NCBI GenBank assembly: GCA_029934815.1
Contig: JAOZLM010000001.1
Location: 41-64,040, forward strand
Direction: 5' to 3'
Source: Desulfocapsa sp.
GTDB taxonomy: Bacteria; Desulfobacterota; Desulfobulbia; Desulfobulbales; Desulfocapsaceae
DNA: 64,000 nucleotides
The position numbers were made by a program, and so were the translations under genes. Positions within the stretch are counted from its first letter, which is position 1. Every line of letters starts with the position of its first letter. The notes beneath the pieces were generated by a model. It worked only from the letters and a program-made list of their open reading frames with translations, ran no database searches and was not told the origin of the DNA. Positions 9,781 to 22,016 of the stretch are shown here, piece after piece.

Positions 9781-12700
9781 GTGGAAGAACTATTTAATTT
9801 TTTTCAAAAACCGAAAGGTCCTGTAAAGTTTAATAAAGTAAAGATTTCTCTCGCATCTCCTGAAAGGATCATGGACTGGTCCCACGGCGAGGTGAAGAAA
9901 CCTGAAACGATCAATTACCGTACCTTTAAGCCGGAACGAGATGGACTGTTTTGTGCCAAAATTTTTGGCCCGGTTAAGGATTTTGAGTGTAACTGCGGAA
10001 AATATAAGCGCATGAAACACCGTGGTGTTGTCTGCGAAAAATGTGGCGTTGAAGTAATCCAGTCAAAGGTTCGTCGTGAACGCCTTGGTCATATTACCCT
10101 TGCTGCACCAGTGGCTCACATCTGGTTCCTGAAAAGCCTTCCTTCAAAGATCGGTGCAGTACTCGATCTCACCCTGAAGCAGCTTGAAAAGGTACTGTAT
10201 TTTGAGCAGTATGCAGTAACCTATTCTGAAACTGAAGAAGTACCGGCTTGTACACTTCTCACCGAAGAACAGTATCGGCAGATGCGTGAAGAGCACCCTG
10301 GTAAATTTGAAGTTGGTATTGGCGCCGAGGCGATCCACGAACTCCTTAAAGCCCAGGATCTGATTGCATTGTCTGCAACGCTTCGTGAGGAGATGGCAAC
10401 CACCAACTCCAAAACTAAACGTCAGAAATATGGAAAACGTCTGCATGTTATTGAGGCATTTCGTGATTCCGGTAACCGTCCTGAATGGATGGTTTTAAAG
10501 GTAATCCCTGTTCTTCCCCCTGATCTTCGCCCGCTTGTCCCCCTTGAAGGCGGACGTTTTGCGACCAGTGATTTGAATGACCTTTATCGTCGTGTTATTA
10601 ACCGTAATAACCGTCTGAAAAGACTTCTTGAGCTGGATGCACCTGATATCATCATCCGTAATGAGAAAAGAATGCTACAGGAAGCTGTTGATGTTCTTTT
10701 TGATAATGGCCGTCGTGGTCGTGTGATCACCGGAGCAAATAAACGCCCCTTGAAATCCCTTTCTGATATGCTGAAAGGAAAGCAGGGACGTTTTCGTCAG
10801 AATCTGCTCGGTAAACGAGTGGATTATTCCGGACGTTCCGTTATTGTTGTAGGCCCGCATCTCCGTCTGCATCAGTGTGGTATACCAAAGAAAATGGCAC
10901 TGGAACTCTTTAAACCATTTATTTATAACAAACTCGAAGGCCGTGGTTTTGTAACCACCATTAAATCTGCCCGTAAGATGGTTGAGAAGGGTGCCAAGGA
11001 AGTATGGGATGTACTCGACGAAGTGGTAACTGAACGTTCTGTTATCCTGAACCGTGCTCCGACACTCCATCGCTTAGGTATGCAAGCATTTGAAGCGGTT
11101 CTTATTGAAGGAAAAGCCATTCAGTTGCATCCATTGGTTTGTGCAGCATTTAATGCTGACTTTGATGGTGATCAGATGGCGGTCCATGTACCACTGTCTG
11201 TTGAAGCACAGGTTGAAGCACGTGTGTTGATGATGTCTACCAATAATATTCTGTCACCTGCAAACGGTGATCCGATTATTATCCCATCGCAGGATATCGT
11301 CCTTGGTCTGTACTATATGACCCGTGAAAGGGGAGGTGTAAAAGGCGAAGGCAAGATCTTCTCTAATCCAGTCGAGGCTCGTATTGCTTTTGATTATGAT
11401 GCAGTTGATCTGCAGGCAAAAATCACTGTACGCATCGAAGGTGAAATGGTCGAAACCATCATGGGAAGAGTTCTTCTTGGTGATCTCTTACCTGCAGCTG
11501 TACCTTACGCAGAAGTTAATAAAGTCATGAGCAAAAAAGCTCTTGGTGGACTTATCGATTACACCTATCGACATGCCGGAACTAAGGATACTGTAATCCT
11601 TGCTGATCGTCTGAAGGATATTGGCTATGAATTTGCGACTCGTGCAGGTATCTCCATCTGCATTGATGATATGAAAATTCCAGCAGCAAAATATGTACTC
11701 GTTGCTAAAGCTGAGAATGAAGTTGCTGATGTTAGTCAGCAGTATTCAGACGGTCTCATTACTTCAGGCGAGAAGTACAATAAGGTAGTTGATATCTGGT
11801 CAAAAGTTACAGAAGATGTAGCGAATAAAATGATGGAAGGTATCAAGGTAGATAAAGACGAAGAGGGTAACGTAATTGCGGATCCCGGTTTTAATGCCAT
11901 CTATCTCATGGCCGATTCTGGCGCGCGTGGATCACGTGACCAGATTCGCCAGCTTGCCGGTATGCGTGGACTGATGGCTAAGCCGTCAGGCGCCATTATT
12001 GAGACTCCTATTAAGGCTAACTTTCGTGAAGGTCTTGGTGTGCTCGAGTATTTTATTTCAACACATGGTGCTCGTAAAGGTCTTGCAGATACTGCGCTTA
12101 AAACTGCTAACTCCGGTTACCTGACCAGACGTCTTGTTGATGTGGCACAGGATTCCACAATCGTTATGGCGGATTGCAAAACCCTTGATGGAATCGTTGC
12201 CGAACCTTTGCTTGATGGTGGTGAAATCATCGTTCCACTTGGCGATCGAATCCTTGGTCGTGTTACCCAGGAAGATGTATACGATCCGTATGATGAAGAA
12301 AAGATCATTGTTGAAGCAGGAACGGAAATCACAGAAACACTTGTGAAAGAAATTGACGAAGCGGGAATCGATAAAGTTGCTATTCGTTCAGTTCTTACCT
12401 GTCGTGCCAGACGTGGCGTTTGTGCCCAGTGCTACGGGCGTGACCTTGGTCGTGGACATATGGTTAACCGTGGTGAGGCAGTTGGTATTATTGCTGCTCA
12501 GTCAATTGGTGAGCCTGGAACTCAGCTTACAATGCGTACCTTCCATGTTGGTGGAACAGCATCCCGTGCTGTTGATCAGGCTGAAATTGTGAGTCAGCGT
12601 GCCGGTAAGATTCAGTTTAATAATTTGCATTCAGTTAAAAATAGCGATGGCATCAAAATCGTTATGAATCGTAATGCTGAGATTTCAATCCTTGATGATC

Positions 12701-13827
12701 AGGGCCACGAACGTGAGAGGCATAAGGTTACTTATGGCGCTCAGATTCTCGTGGATGAAGGCGCAGCCGTTGAACCAAACACCATCCTCTCAGAGTGGGA
12801 TGCCTATACCATTCCAATTGTATCAGAAGTTGGTGGTATTGTTAAATATGGTGATATTGTTGAAGGTTCCACCATGCAGGAAAAGGTTGATGGTGTAACC
12901 GGTAAGGCCAGTAAGGTTATTGTTCCAACACCTTCCGGTGTCGCGTTGTCTCCACGTATCTCGATTAAAGGGGATCGTGGTAAGACGCTGAAAATTCCTG
13001 ATTCAGAAGCTTTTGCCCGTTACAGTCTGCCAGTTGGTTCAATTATCTCCGTTGAAGAAGGAGAAAGTATCGATCCTGGTACCATCGTTGGTCGGATTCC
13101 ACGTGAATCCAGTAAGACCAAAGATATTACAGGTGGTCTGCCGCGTGTTGCAGAGCTCTTTGAAGTTCGTAAGCCTAAAGAGCCAGCTATCATCACTCAC
13201 ATTGATGGCAAGGTAAGTTTTGGTAAAGAACTGAAAGGAAAACTTCGCTGTGTGGTTACTCCCGAATTTGGAGAACCACAGGAATACCTGCTGCCAAAAG
13301 TAAAACATACCATCGTCCATGAGGGTGATTATGTTGCAGCCGGTGAGCCACTGATTGAAGGAACCATTGTTCCAAACGATATTCTCAAGGTTCTTGGTGT
13401 TAAAGAACTGGCTAAGTTCCTGGTGAACGAGGTACAGGAGGTATATCGTCTGCAGGGTGTTAAGATTAACGATAAGCATATTGAAGTTATCGTTCGTCAG
13501 ATGCTGCGCAGAGTTATGATTACCAACGCCGGTGATTCTAAGTTCATGATTGGCGAACAGGTAGTCTGGTGGGACTTTGAAGATGAGCGTGACCGCCTCT
13601 TTGCAGAAGGGAAACAGCCAGGAATGGCAGAACCTCTTCTTCTTGGTGTAACCAAGGCATCACTCTCCACTGAGAGTTTTATCTCAGCGGCCTCTTTCCA
13701 GGAAACTACCAAGGTCTTAACCAATGCTGCCATGGCAGGAAAGGTTGATGATCTGGTTGGACTGAAAGAAAATGTGATCATGGGTCGTTTAATTTCTGCA
13801 GGTACAGGACTCGATAAAAGTTTCTAG
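9781..13827 (+). CDS. rpoC: RNA polymerase beta' subunit (GTG start)
   Basis: Catalytic NADFDGD motif; Zn-binding cysteines. Confidence 0.99.
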   Translation: MEELFNFFQKPKGPVKFNKVKISLASPERIMDWSHGEVKKPETINYRTFKPERDGLFCAKIFGPVKDFECNCGKYKRMKHRGVVCEKCGVEVIQSKVRRERLGHITLAAPVAHIWFLKSLPSKIGAVLDLTLKQLEKVLYFEQYAVTYSETEEVPACTLLTEEQYRQMREEHPGKFEVGIGAEAIHELLKAQDLIALSATLREEMATTNSKTKRQKYGKRLHVIEAFRDSGNRPEWMVLKVIPVLPPDLRPLVPLEGGRFATSDLNDLYRRVINRNNRLKRLLELDAPDIIIRNEKRMLQEAVDVLFDNGRRGRVITGANKRPLKSLSDMLKGKQGRFRQNLLGKRVDYSGRSVIVVGPHLRLHQCGIPKKMALELFKPFIYNKLEGRGFVTTIKSARKMVEKGAKEVWDVLDEVVTERSVILNRAPTLHRLGMQAFEAVLIEGKAIQLHPLVCAAFNADFDGDQMAVHVPLSVEAQVEARVLMMSTNNILSPANGDPIIIPSQDIVLGLYYMTRERGGVKGEGKIFSNPVEARIAFDYDAVDLQAKITVRIEGEMVETIMGRVLLGDLLPAAVPYAEVNKVMSKKALGGLIDYTYRHAGTKDTVILADRLKDIGYEFATRAGISICIDDMKIPAAKYVLVAKAENEVADVSQQYSDGLITSGEKYNKVVDIWSKVTEDVANKMMEGIKVDKDEEGNVIADPGFNAIYLMADSGARGSRDQIRQLAGMRGLMAKPSGAIIETPIKANFREGLGVLEYFISTHGARKGLADTALKTANSGYLTRRLVDVAQDSTIVMADCKTLDGIVAEPLLDGGEIIVPLGDRILGRVTQEDVYDPYDEEKIIVEAGTEITETLVKEIDEAGIDKVAIRSVLTCRARRGVCAQCYGRDLGRGHMVNRGEAVGIIAAQSIGEPGTQLTMRTFHVGGTASRAVDQAEIVSQRAGKIQFNNLHSVKNSDGIKIVMNRNAEISILDDQGHERERHKVTYGAQILVDEGAAVEPNTILSEWDAYTIPIVSEVGGIVKYGDIVEGSTMQEKVDGVTGKASKVIVPTPSGVALSPRISIKGDRGKTLKIPDSEAFARYSLPVGSIISVEEGESIDPGTIVGRIPRESSKTKDITGGLPRVAELFEVRKPKEPAIITHIDGKVSFGKELKGKLRCVVTPEFGEPQEYLLPKVKHTIVHEGDYVAAGEPLIEGTIVPNDILKVLGVKELAKFLVNEVQEVYRLQGVKINDKHIEVIVRQMLRRVMITNAGDSKFMIGEQVVWWDFEDERDRLFAEGKQPGMAEPLLLGVTKASLSTESFISAASFQETTKVLTNAAMAGKVDDLVGLKENVIMGRLISAGTGLDKSF

Positions 13828-13841
13828 AGTTTCGGGTGATT

Positions 13842-13878
13842 AAGTCCGAAGTGAGATCGTATTTCACTTCGGACTTTA
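13842..13878 (+). terminator. Terminator hairpin after rpoC
   Basis: AAGTCCGAAGTGA...TCACTTCGGACTT stem followed by T-rich sequence. Confidence 0.75.
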
Positions 13879-14031
13879 TAACTTTCAACTATAGACAATC
13901 TTTTATGCTTGACAGTATAATAGCGATAGGGTAAATATTCTCTCTTTCGTGCTGGGCGCACAAGACTTACGCCCTTATGATATCAATTATAGCGTCATTT
14001 ATTATATACGTGAACAGGAGCAGTAAAGATA

Positions 14032-14403
14032 ATGCCAACAATTAATCAGCTCATTCGGCAGGGCAGGAAGAAGATCGTTAAGAAGAAAGATACCCCTTCC
14101 CTTGAAGGCTGTCCGCAAAAGCGTGGCGTCTGTGTCCGGGTATATACTACCACACCAAAGAAACCTAACTCCGCGCTTCGTAAAGTAGCCAGAGTTCGTT
14201 TGACCAACGGAAAAGAGGTTACCTCTTATATTCCAGGTATAGGTCATAATCTTCAGGAGCATTCAGTTGTTCTGATTCGTGGCGGTCGTGTAAAAGATCT
14301 TCCAGGTGTTCGTTATCATATTGTTCGTGGTACTCTTGATACTCTCGGCGTCTCCGATAGACGTAAAGGGCGTTCGAAGTATGGCGCCAAGCGTCCTAAA
14401 TAG
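14032..14403 (+). CDS. rpsL: 30S ribosomal protein S12
   Basis: [23 protein letters not shown]. Confidence 0.99.
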   Translation: MPTINQLIRQGRKKIVKKKDTPSLEGCPQKRGVCVRVYTTTPKKPNSALRKVARVRLTNGKEVTSYIPGIGHNLQEHSVVLIRGGRVKDLPGVRYHIVRGTLDTLGVSDRRKGRSKYGAKRPK

Positions 14404-14428
14404 TCTACAGTTGTAAAAGAGGAATAGT

Positions 14429-14902
14429 ATGCCACGTAGAAAAGTCGTAGAAAAAAGAAAAATTAATCCTGATCCACGGTTCAACTCGGTACTTGTTTCC
14501 AAGTTCACCAATGGAATCATGGTACAGGGTAAAAAATCCATCGCGCGTCGAATCTTTTATGATGCCATGGATATAGTCGCCACAAAGGTGACTGACGAAG
14601 ATCCACTTGTTATTTTTGAAGAGGCAATGGAAAAAGTTCGTCCAAAAGTTGAAGTTAAATCCAGACGTGTTGGTGGTGCTACCTATCAGGTTCCCATGGA
14701 AGTACGTCAGGTAAGAAGGAACGCATTGGCTATTCGCTGGATTATTTCTTATGCGAAATCCAGATCCGGAAAGTCCATGTCTGATAAACTCGCTGCAGAA
14801 ATTCTCGATGCATATAATGATCGCGGAGCTGCTGTGAAGAAGCGTGATGACACCCATCGTATGGCAGAAGCCAATAAGGCTTTCGCTCACTACCGCTGGT
14901 AG
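14429..14902 (+). CDS. rpsG: 30S ribosomal protein S7
   Basis: [26 protein letters not shown]. Confidence 0.99.
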   Translation: MPRRKVVEKRKINPDPRFNSVLVSKFTNGIMVQGKKSIARRIFYDAMDIVATKVTDEDPLVIFEEAMEKVRPKVEVKSRRVGGATYQVPMEVRQVRRNALAIRWIISYAKSRSGKSMSDKLAAEILDAYNDRGAAVKKRDDTHRMAEANKAFAHYRW

Positions 14903-14972
14903 GAGTCTTACGAAGGGCGTTTTACTCTGTTTGAGTATTCATCAGCCTGTAACCTGTAACTGAGTTAAGCTG

Positions 14973-17051
14973 ATGGCTGGAAACAAGGATCTTTCGACTG
15001 TACGCAATATTGGCATTATGGCCCATATTGATGCAGGGAAGACAACCACAACAGAGCGAATTTTGTTTTACACAGGTCGATCCTACAAGATCGGCGAAGT
15101 TCACGACGGCAATGCTGTCATGGACTGGATGGAACAGGAGCAGGATAGGGGGATTACAATCACCTCAGCTGCAACTAGCTGTACCTGGAAATCCACAGAC
15201 ATAAACATTATCGATACACCCGGTCATGTTGACTTCACAGTTGAAGTCGAGCGAAGCCTTAGAGTGCTGGACGGCGTTGTAGCTGTCTTTTGCGCAGTAG
15301 GCGGAGTTGAGCCACAATCGGAAACGGTTTGGCGACAGGCTGAAAAGTACAGCATCCCAAGAATCGCATTCGTCAATAAGATGGATCGGATTGGGGCTGA
15401 CTTTGAAAGGGTAGTAAAGATGATGGAAGAACGGCTTGGGACAAATCCCGTTGTTGTTCAGATTCCTGTCGGTAAAGAAGCTGAGTTTGAAGGCGTTATC
15501 GATCTCATCGAAGAAAAGATGTATGTATTCGATGAAGACTCCTTGGGGCAGGAAGTCATAGAAAAAGATATCCCGGAAGCATATCGGGACAGATTCACGG
15601 CCGCACATATGGTGCTCATCGAGAAGTTGGCCGACTTCGATGATGAGATCATGGAAAATTTCCTTGAAGATACACCTGTATCTGCGGATACGCTTTATCG
15701 TGCGCTTAGAATTGCTACACTAAACTTGAACCTGGTTCCGGTCTTGTGCGGCAGTGCATTTAAAAACAAAGGCATACAGCCTTTGCTTGACAGTATCGTT
15801 CAGTATTTGCCGTCACCCCTTGATGTACCACCTGTTGAGGGACTCGGAAAGAAAGACGAGGTCATCAGTCGTAAGACAGACAGTAAAGAAAAACTGGCTG
15901 CGCTTATTTTTAAACTGATGAGTGACTCATACGTTGAAAATCTTGCCTTTATCCGGATTTACTCCGGAACAGTAAAGGTAGGAGACAAGGTATTTAATCC
16001 TGTCAAAAAGAAGAAAGAAAAAATTGGTAAGCTGATACGGTTGCATGCCAATAAGAGGGAAGAAGTTGATTCACTTAGTGCTGGTGACATTGGCGCTGTA
16101 ATTGGACTCAAATTCTCCACAACAGGAGATACCCTCTGCGCAAATGGCGATTACATTGTACTGGAAAGTATGGAATTTCCAGAACCCGTTATCGGGGTTG
16201 CCATCGAAGCAAAAAGTAAGGCAGACGAAAAAAAGCTGGAGGAAACCCTTGGTAAGATAGCCATGGAAGATCCTTCCTTTCGCATTGCAAAGAATGAAGA
16301 GACCGGACAGACAATTATTTCAGGAATGGGTGAACTCCATCTTGAAATTATTGTTCATCGCCTGATCCATGAGTTCAAAGCTAATGCAAACGTCGGAACG
16401 CCTCAGGTTTCCTATAAAGAAACCATCTCAGCAAATGCTGAGGCTGAAGGAAAGTTTGACCAGCAGACAGGTGCCAAAGGGATGTATGGCCATGTCGTAA
16501 TTGAAGTTGAACCGCTTGGTCGTTCAGAAGGAGTTGTTTTTGAGTCGGTAGTAAAAGGCGATACAATCCCTGATATGTTTCTGGAAGCAATTGAAAAGGG
16601 AATTCGTGACAGCCTGGATGCAGGCCCACTCATTGGATACCCCGTAACAGATATTAAAGTTACACTGGTTGGCGGTTCCTATTCAGAAGAGGAATCAACA
16701 GAGATGGCCTTTGGAGTAGCATCATCCATGGCAATCAGACGAGCCACAGCAGACGCTAAACCACTGTTACTTGAACCAATTATGAATCTGGAAGTTGTTA
16801 GTCCGGAAGAATATCTTGGAGATGTGATGAACGATCTCAACTCCAAGCGTGCAAAGGTTGTTGGCGTAGATGCCAAAGATTCTTTGCAGGTGATTAAGGC
16901 TCACGCCCCGCTGGCTGAAATGTTTGGTTATTCAACATCTCTCAGATCAGCAACACAGGGCAGAGCAAATTTCACCATGCAGTTTGAAAAATATGACGTT
17001 GTGCCTAAAAATCGGGCTGACGAAATCATACGAAAAATAAGAGGAATATAG
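14973..17051 (+). CDS. fusA: Elongation factor G, divergent in domain IV
   Basis: [22 protein letters not shown]; position in the str operon. Confidence 0.95.
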   Translation: MAGNKDLSTVRNIGIMAHIDAGKTTTTERILFYTGRSYKIGEVHDGNAVMDWMEQEQDRGITITSAATSCTWKSTDINIIDTPGHVDFTVEVERSLRVLDGVVAVFCAVGGVEPQSETVWRQAEKYSIPRIAFVNKMDRIGADFERVVKMMEERLGTNPVVVQIPVGKEAEFEGVIDLIEEKMYVFDEDSLGQEVIEKDIPEAYRDRFTAAHMVLIEKLADFDDEIMENFLEDTPVSADTLYRALRIATLNLNLVPVLCGSAFKNKGIQPLLDSIVQYLPSPLDVPPVEGLGKKDEVISRKTDSKEKLAALIFKLMSDSYVENLAFIRIYSGTVKVGDKVFNPVKKKKEKIGKLIRLHANKREEVDSLSAGDIGAVIGLKFSTTGDTLCANGDYIVLESMEFPEPVIGVAIEAKSKADEKKLEETLGKIAMEDPSFRIAKNEETGQTIISGMGELHLEIIVHRLIHEFKANANVGTPQVSYKETISANAEAEGKFDQQTGAKGMYGHVVIEVEPLGRSEGVVFESVVKGDTIPDMFLEAIEKGIRDSLDAGPLIGYPVTDIKVTLVGGSYSEEESTEMAFGVASSMAIRRATADAKPLLLEPIMNLEVVSPEEYLGDVMNDLNSKRAKVVGVDAKDSLQVIKAHAPLAEMFGYSTSLRSATQGRANFTMQFEKYDVVPKNRADEIIRKIRGI

Positions 17052-17073
17052 CACATTCATTTGAGGTAAGACT

Positions 17074-18264
17074 ATGTCAAAAGAAAAATTTGAAAGGACA
17101 AAGCCGCATGTCAATGTAGGTACCGTTGGTCACATCGATCATGGTAAAACCACTCTGACCGCTGCGATCACTGCTGTACAGGCACAGAAAGGATTCGCTG
17201 AATTTACTGATTTCAGTAACATCGATAAAGCTCCTGAAGAGAAAGAACGTGGAATTACCATCGCCACTGCTCACGTTGAGTATGAGACTGAAAATCGTCA
17301 CTACGCTCATGTCGATTGCCCGGGCCATGCTGATTACATCAAGAACATGATTACCGGTGCTGCCCAGATGGACGGTGCTATTCTTGTTGTTGGTGCTGAT
17401 GATGGTGCCATGCCTCAGACTCGTGAGCATATCTTGCTTGCCCGTCAGGTTGGTGTTCCTGCAATCGTTGTATTCCTTAACAAGTGCGACATGGTTGATG
17501 ATGATGAACTCATCGAACTTGTAGAGATGGAACTTCGTGAGCTCCTTGATAAGTATGAATTCCCTGGTGATGATATTCCAATCATCCACGGTTCTGCTTT
17601 GAAAGCTCTTGAGAATCCAACAGATCCTGAAGCTACTAAGTGCATAGACGAACTGATGGCTGCCATCGATTCTTATATCCCAGAACCAGAACGTGACGTT
17701 GATCAGCCTTTCCTTATGCCAATTGAGGATGTTTTCTCAATCTCCGGCCGTGGAACAGTTGCAACAGGTCGTGTTGAGCGTGGTGTTGTTCACGTTGGTG
17801 ATGAAATTGAGATCGTTGGAATCAAAGAAACCGCAAAAACCACCTGTACCGGTGTTGAAATGTTTCGTAAACTCCTTGACGAAGGTCAGGCGGGTGACAA
17901 TATCGGCGCATTGCTTCGTGGTACCAAGCGTGAAGAAATCGAGCGTGGCCAGGTTCTTGCAGCTCCAGGCTCCATTCTACCACATACTAAATTTAAAGCT
18001 GAGTGTTATATCCTTGGAAAAGATGAGGGTGGACGTCACACCCCATTCTTTGACGGATACCGTCCTCAGTTCTACTTCAGAACAACAGATGTTACCGGAG
18101 TTATTTCTCTGCCCGAAGGTGTAGAGATGGTAATGCCAGGTGATAACCTGCATGTTGACGCTGAACTTATTACTCCAATCGCCATGGATGTTGGTCTTCG
18201 CTTTGCAATTCGCGAAGGTGGACGTACCGTTGGTGCTGGTGTTATTAGTGAGATCTCCGAATAA
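17074..18264 (+). CDS. tuf: Elongation factor Tu (copy 2)
   Basis: Same protein as 165..1355 except I/V at residue 18. Confidence 0.99.
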   Translation: MSKEKFERTKPHVNVGTVGHIDHGKTTLTAAITAVQAQKGFAEFTDFSNIDKAPEEKERGITIATAHVEYETENRHYAHVDCPGHADYIKNMITGAAQMDGAILVVGADDGAMPQTREHILLARQVGVPAIVVFLNKCDMVDDDELIELVEMELRELLDKYEFPGDDIPIIHGSALKALENPTDPEATKCIDELMAAIDSYIPEPERDVDQPFLMPIEDVFSISGRGTVATGRVERGVVHVGDEIEIVGIKETAKTTCTGVEMFRKLLDEGQAGDNIGALLRGTKREEIERGQVLAAPGSILPHTKFKAECYILGKDEGGRHTPFFDGYRPQFYFRTTDVTGVISLPEGVEMVMPGDNLHVDAELITPIAMDVGLRFAIREGGRTVGAGVISEISE

Positions 18265-18273
18265 GGAAGGGAA

Positions 18274-18588
18274 ATGATACCTACAGATAAAATTCGTATT
18301 CGCCTCAAGGCGTATGATCATAAACTCCTTGATCTGTCCACACATGAAATTGTAGAGACTGCCAGAAGAACCGGAGCTGCTGTCGCAGGGCCGATTCCAC
18401 TGCCAACTTCTATTAAGAAATTTTGTGTATTACGTTCACCCCATGTGGATAAGAAATCTCGCGAGCAATTTGAGATGAGAACACATCGTCGCCTGATCGA
18501 CATTCTTGAGCCTACTCAGCAGACTATTGATATGCTGATGAAACTTGAGTTGTCTGCCGGTGTTGATGTGGAGATTAAACTGCCATAG
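18274..18588 (+). CDS. rpsJ: 30S ribosomal protein S10
   Basis: [31 protein letters not shown]. Confidence 0.99.
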   Translation: MIPTDKIRIRLKAYDHKLLDLSTHEIVETARRTGAAVAGPIPLPTSIKKFCVLRSPHVDKKSREQFEMRTHRRLIDILEPTQQTIDMLMKLELSAGVDVEIKLP

Positions 18589-18622
18589 CGAAGAATGTTT
18601 ATACCTTCACTATTATATAAGT

Positions 18623-18775
18623 GATACAATCGTTAGAAGGAAAATTTTAGATGGTTAAGTAAAAAACTTCATATTCGAGGAACGAAAATTTGATGGAGTG
18701 AGGCGTACATTAGTACGTCGTAGCCACAGCAAATTTTCAGTGACGAAGAAGATGAAGAATTTTTACGACACCACC
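18623..18775 (+). mobile_element. MITE-like hairpin repeat family A, copy 1
   Basis: Aligns end to end with 48676..48827; imperfect terminal inverted repeats; flanked by ATAAGT / ATAGGT. Confidence 0.75.
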
Positions 18776-18787
18776 ATAGGTAAGATT

Positions 18788-19417
18788 ATGCCAAAGACAA
18801 TGGGCTTATTAGGAAAAAAAATTGGTATGACTCGTGTATATGACGAGATGGGTGCAGTAATTCCCGTTACAGTTATAGAAGCTGGTCCCTGCAAAGTACT
18901 TCAGGTGAAGTCGCAGGCCAAAGAAGGATATAATGCCATTCAGGTTGGTTTTGGTGACAAAAAGGCGCAGCGTGTAAACAAGCCTGCTGCCGGTCACTTC
19001 AAAAAAGCCGATACCGATGGATATTATCATATTCGAGAATTCAGAGTTGAGAATCCCGATGAGTATCAAACAGGACAGGACTTAAATCTTGTTGATCTCT
19101 TCAAAACTGGCGATGTTATTGACGTCCAGGGTGTTTCTCAGGGTAAAGGTTTCCAGGGCGTTATGAAACGTCATGGATTTGCCGGTGGACCTGGTGGTCA
19201 TGGATCCAAATTTCACCGTCGTCCTGGTTCTATCGGAATGAGTGCCTGGCCTGGAAGGGTCGTTAAAGGTAAGAAACTTCCGGGAAGAATGGGTACTGAT
19301 ACGGTTCTCAGGAAAAATGTTGTTGTTATCGACGTTCGTGAGGATGATAATCTTATCCTTGTTAAAGGGCCGATACCAGGATCCAAACAGTCTCTTCTTA
19401 AACTTTACACTAAGTAA
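18788..19417 (+). CDS. rplC: 50S ribosomal protein L3
   Basis: GLLGKKIGMT, GKGFQGVMKRHGF; start placed at ATG 18788 because the track's extension runs through the repeat. Confidence 0.97.
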   Translation: MPKTMGLLGKKIGMTRVYDEMGAVIPVTVIEAGPCKVLQVKSQAKEGYNAIQVGFGDKKAQRVNKPAAGHFKKADTDGYYHIREFRVENPDEYQTGQDLNLVDLFKTGDVIDVQGVSQGKGFQGVMKRHGFAGGPGGHGSKFHRRPGSIGMSAWPGRVVKGKKLPGRMGTDTVLRKNVVVIDVREDDNLILVKGPIPGSKQSLLKLYTK

Positions 19418-19465
19418 TTAGTCTAAAGCACACGAAGTTATCGTTTCAAGGAGTGAGAATATAAA

Positions 19466-20089
19466 ATGTCTACCGTAGATATAGTAAATACGAAGAACGA
19501 AAAAGTTGGTGAGATTGAACTTTCAGCGAAAGTTTTTGATCTTGATGTCAAAGAGCATTTGCTCCACGACGTTGTTCGCCAGCAGCGTGCGGCAAAACGT
19601 GCAGGCAATGCCTGTACCAAAACACGTGTTGAAGTACGTGGTGGCGGAGCAAAGCCATGGCGTCAGAAAGGTACAGGACGTGCTCGTGCCGGTACCAACA
19701 ACTCTCCTATCTGGAGAGGTGGTGGCGTGACCTTTGGTCCAAAACCTCGTGATTACAGCTTTAAGCTGAACCGCAAAGTGAGAAAACAGGCACTTGCCAT
19801 GGCAATCAGTGCGCGACTTCAGGAAGGAAATCTGGTAGTGGTTGATGAGTTTGTTATGGATGCTATCAAAACAAAAGATTTCGTGAACATCATGAAAGGT
19901 TTTGATTTTGAAAACTGTCTGCTGATCACCGAAGAAACAAACGAGAACCTGAATAAATCAGCCCGAAATGCAAATGGTTTCAAAGTCATGAGTACAGATG
20001 GTCTGAATGTTTATGATATTCTTCTGCACAAGAAACTGATGCTGGTTAAGCCTGCGGTCGAGAGTATTGAGAAGAGGTTAGAAGCATGA
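19466..20089 (+). CDS. rplD: 50S ribosomal protein L4
   Basis: KPWRQKGTGRARAG, WRGGGVTFGPKPR. Confidence 0.99.
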   Translation: MSTVDIVNTKNEKVGEIELSAKVFDLDVKEHLLHDVVRQQRAAKRAGNACTKTRVEVRGGGAKPWRQKGTGRARAGTNNSPIWRGGGVTFGPKPRDYSFKLNRKVRKQALAMAISARLQEGNLVVVDEFVMDAIKTKDFVNIMKGFDFENCLLITEETNENLNKSARNANGFKVMSTDGLNVYDILLHKKLMLVKPAVESIEKRLEA

Positions 20090-20373
20090 AAAGTGAGCAC
20101 AGAATTTTAAGAGGCCCCTGTCTTACCGAGAAAGCAAACATTCAGCTTGAAGTTGATAATAAGGTTGTTTTCAAGGTAGATTCTACAGCTAACAAGATCG
20201 ATATTAAAAAAGCCGTAGAGAAGATGTTTGATGTAAAAGTAAAACATGTTCACACTGCAAATATGCACGGCAAACAGAAACGAGTGGGCAAATCCACTGG
20301 CTTTACCAATGACTGGAAAAAAGCCTATGTAACCCTTTCTGAAGGTAACATCAGCTTTGTTGATGAGCTGTAA
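20086..20373 (+). CDS. rplW: 50S ribosomal protein L23
   Basis: TEKA, ANKIDIKKAVE, WKKAYVTL. Confidence 0.98.
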   Translation: MKSEHRILRGPCLTEKANIQLEVDNKVVFKVDSTANKIDIKKAVEKMFDVKVKHVHTANMHGKQKRVGKSTGFTNDWKKAYVTLSEGNISFVDEL

Positions 20374-20454
20374 GAAACAATAAAGCAAGCTGCTACCAAT
20401 AAACGAATATAGTAGAGCTATCAATCCAATTAGCCTTCATGGAGTGATTAGATA

Positions 20455-21279
20455 ATGATTACAATAAAGAAATATAAACCCACGTCACCGGGTAAACGAC
20501 ATCATGTGTCAATTCAGAATACTGAATTGTCCAAAAACGGACCGGAGAAGTCACTTCTGGCGCCCCTGTCGAAATCAGGTGGTCGTAATAATTACGGACG
20601 TATCACTTCCCGTCACATTGGTGGTGGTCATAAACGGAAATACCGTATCATTGATTTCAAGCGCAACAAAACTGATATCAATGCCAAGGTCGTTTCCATC
20701 GAATATGACCCCAACAGAAGTGCTAATATCGCACTTCTTTCCTATATCGATGGTGAAAAAACTTATATCCTGGCTCCAGCAGGTATTGCAGTCGGTGATC
20801 AAATTGTTGCCGGTGACAATGCAGATATCAAGCCCGGTAACTGTTTACCGCTGAAAAATATCCCCCTTGGTACTCTTCTTCATAATATTGAGATGAAGAT
20901 TGGCAAAGGTGGTCAGCTTGTGCGTAGTGCTGGAGTTTCCGCTCAGCTTATGGCAAAAGAAGGAACCTATGTTCTTGTTCGTCTGCCATCCGGTGAAGTA
21001 CGTAAATTCCACAGAGAATGTCGTGCTTGTATTGGACAGGTCGGAAACCGTGAGCATGAGAGCCAGAAACTTGGTAAAGCCGGTCGTACAAGATGGATGG
21101 GTAAACGTCCTCATGTACGTGGTGTAGCCATGAACCCTGTTGATCACCCAATGGGTGGTGGTGAGGGTAAGAGTTCCGGTGGCCGTCATCCATGTACACC
21201 ATGGGGTTATCCTACCAAGGGTTACAAGACCAGAAAGAACACAATGTCCGACAAATATATCATTAAGAAAAGACGTTAA
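20455..21279 (+). CDS. rplB: 50S ribosomal protein L2
   Basis: [21 protein letters not shown]. Confidence 0.99.
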   Translation: MITIKKYKPTSPGKRHHVSIQNTELSKNGPEKSLLAPLSKSGGRNNYGRITSRHIGGGHKRKYRIIDFKRNKTDINAKVVSIEYDPNRSANIALLSYIDGEKTYILAPAGIAVGDQIVAGDNADIKPGNCLPLKNIPLGTLLHNIEMKIGKGGQLVRSAGVSAQLMAKEGTYVLVRLPSGEVRKFHRECRACIGQVGNREHESQKLGKAGRTRWMGKRPHVRGVAMNPVDHPMGGGEGKSSGGRHPCTPWGYPTKGYKTRKNTMSDKYIIKKRR

Positions 21280-21294
21280 TTAGAGGATTAAACT

Positions 21295-21567
21295 ATGGCT
21301 CGTTCAGTCAAGAAAGGACCTTTTATCGATGATCACCTGCAGAAGAAAGTTGACGCTGCAATTGAAAACGGATCTCGTAAGGTTATTAAAACCTGGTCCA
21401 GGCGATCTGATATCTCTCCGGAGATGGTTGGTTTGACCTTTGCAGTACATAACGGGAGAAAATTTATCCCGGTATTTGTTTCAGAGAATATGGTTGGTCA
21501 TAAGCTTGGTGAGTTTTCACCCACCAGGACTTTTTACGGCCATGCCTCTGATAGAAAATCTCGTTAA
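21295..21567 (+). CDS. rpsS: 30S ribosomal protein S19
   Basis: [21 protein letters not shown]. Confidence 0.99.
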   Translation: MARSVKKGPFIDDHLQKKVDAAIENGSRKVIKTWSRRSDISPEMVGLTFAVHNGRKFIPVFVSENMVGHKLGEFSPTRTFYGHASDRKSR

Positions 21568-21601
21568 TTAAAGCAATAAGAATTAGCAGGAGTATATAAT
21601 T

Positions 21602-21934
21602 ATGGAAGCTCGCGCAGTTGGGAGACGCATCAGAATCTCCCCTCAAAAAGCAAGACTTGTTGCCGATGTAGTTCGAGGGATGAGTGCTGATAAAGCAATT
21701 ACCACCCTTCGCTTTATGCCGAAAAAAGGTGCAGGAATTTTACGTAAGGTCATTGAATCCGCAGTTGCCAATGCAACACAGGACGACCAGATCGATGTTG
21801 ATAACCTGTATGTTAAAACCGTCTTTATCGATGGAGGACCTTCTTTTAAGAGGATCCGACCTCGTGCTATGGGACGTGCAACATCAATTATTAAACGAAC
21901 AAGTCATATTACAGTTATTCTTGATGAAGAATAA
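21602..21934 (+). CDS. rplV: 50S ribosomal protein L22
   Basis: ISPQKARLVAD, RPRAMGRA. Confidence 0.99.
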   Translation: MEARAVGRRIRISPQKARLVADVVRGMSADKAITTLRFMPKKGAGILRKVIESAVANATQDDQIDVDNLYVKTVFIDGGPSFKRIRPRAMGRATSIIKRTSHITVILDEE

Positions 21935-22016
21935 ATCTTTACAAGATCGATTGTAAAGGGTATGACTCACATTTTTTTCATTATATATAGAATAAGCGAT
22001 TTGCTGGAGGATCATT

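Noticed and set aside
13909-13940. TTGACA upstream of rpsL as a str promoter
   Set aside because: The -35 box is perfect, but no convincing -10 lies at 16-18 nt, so it is not listed as a feature.
18698-18787. In-frame N-terminal extensions of rplC and of the FKBP gene (48792) through family A (VTKKMKNFYD / VTKKVKSFYD)
   Set aside because: Both genes have better downstream ATGs with SD sequences, and the FKBP signal peptide starts at 48864. The shared frame can be chance.
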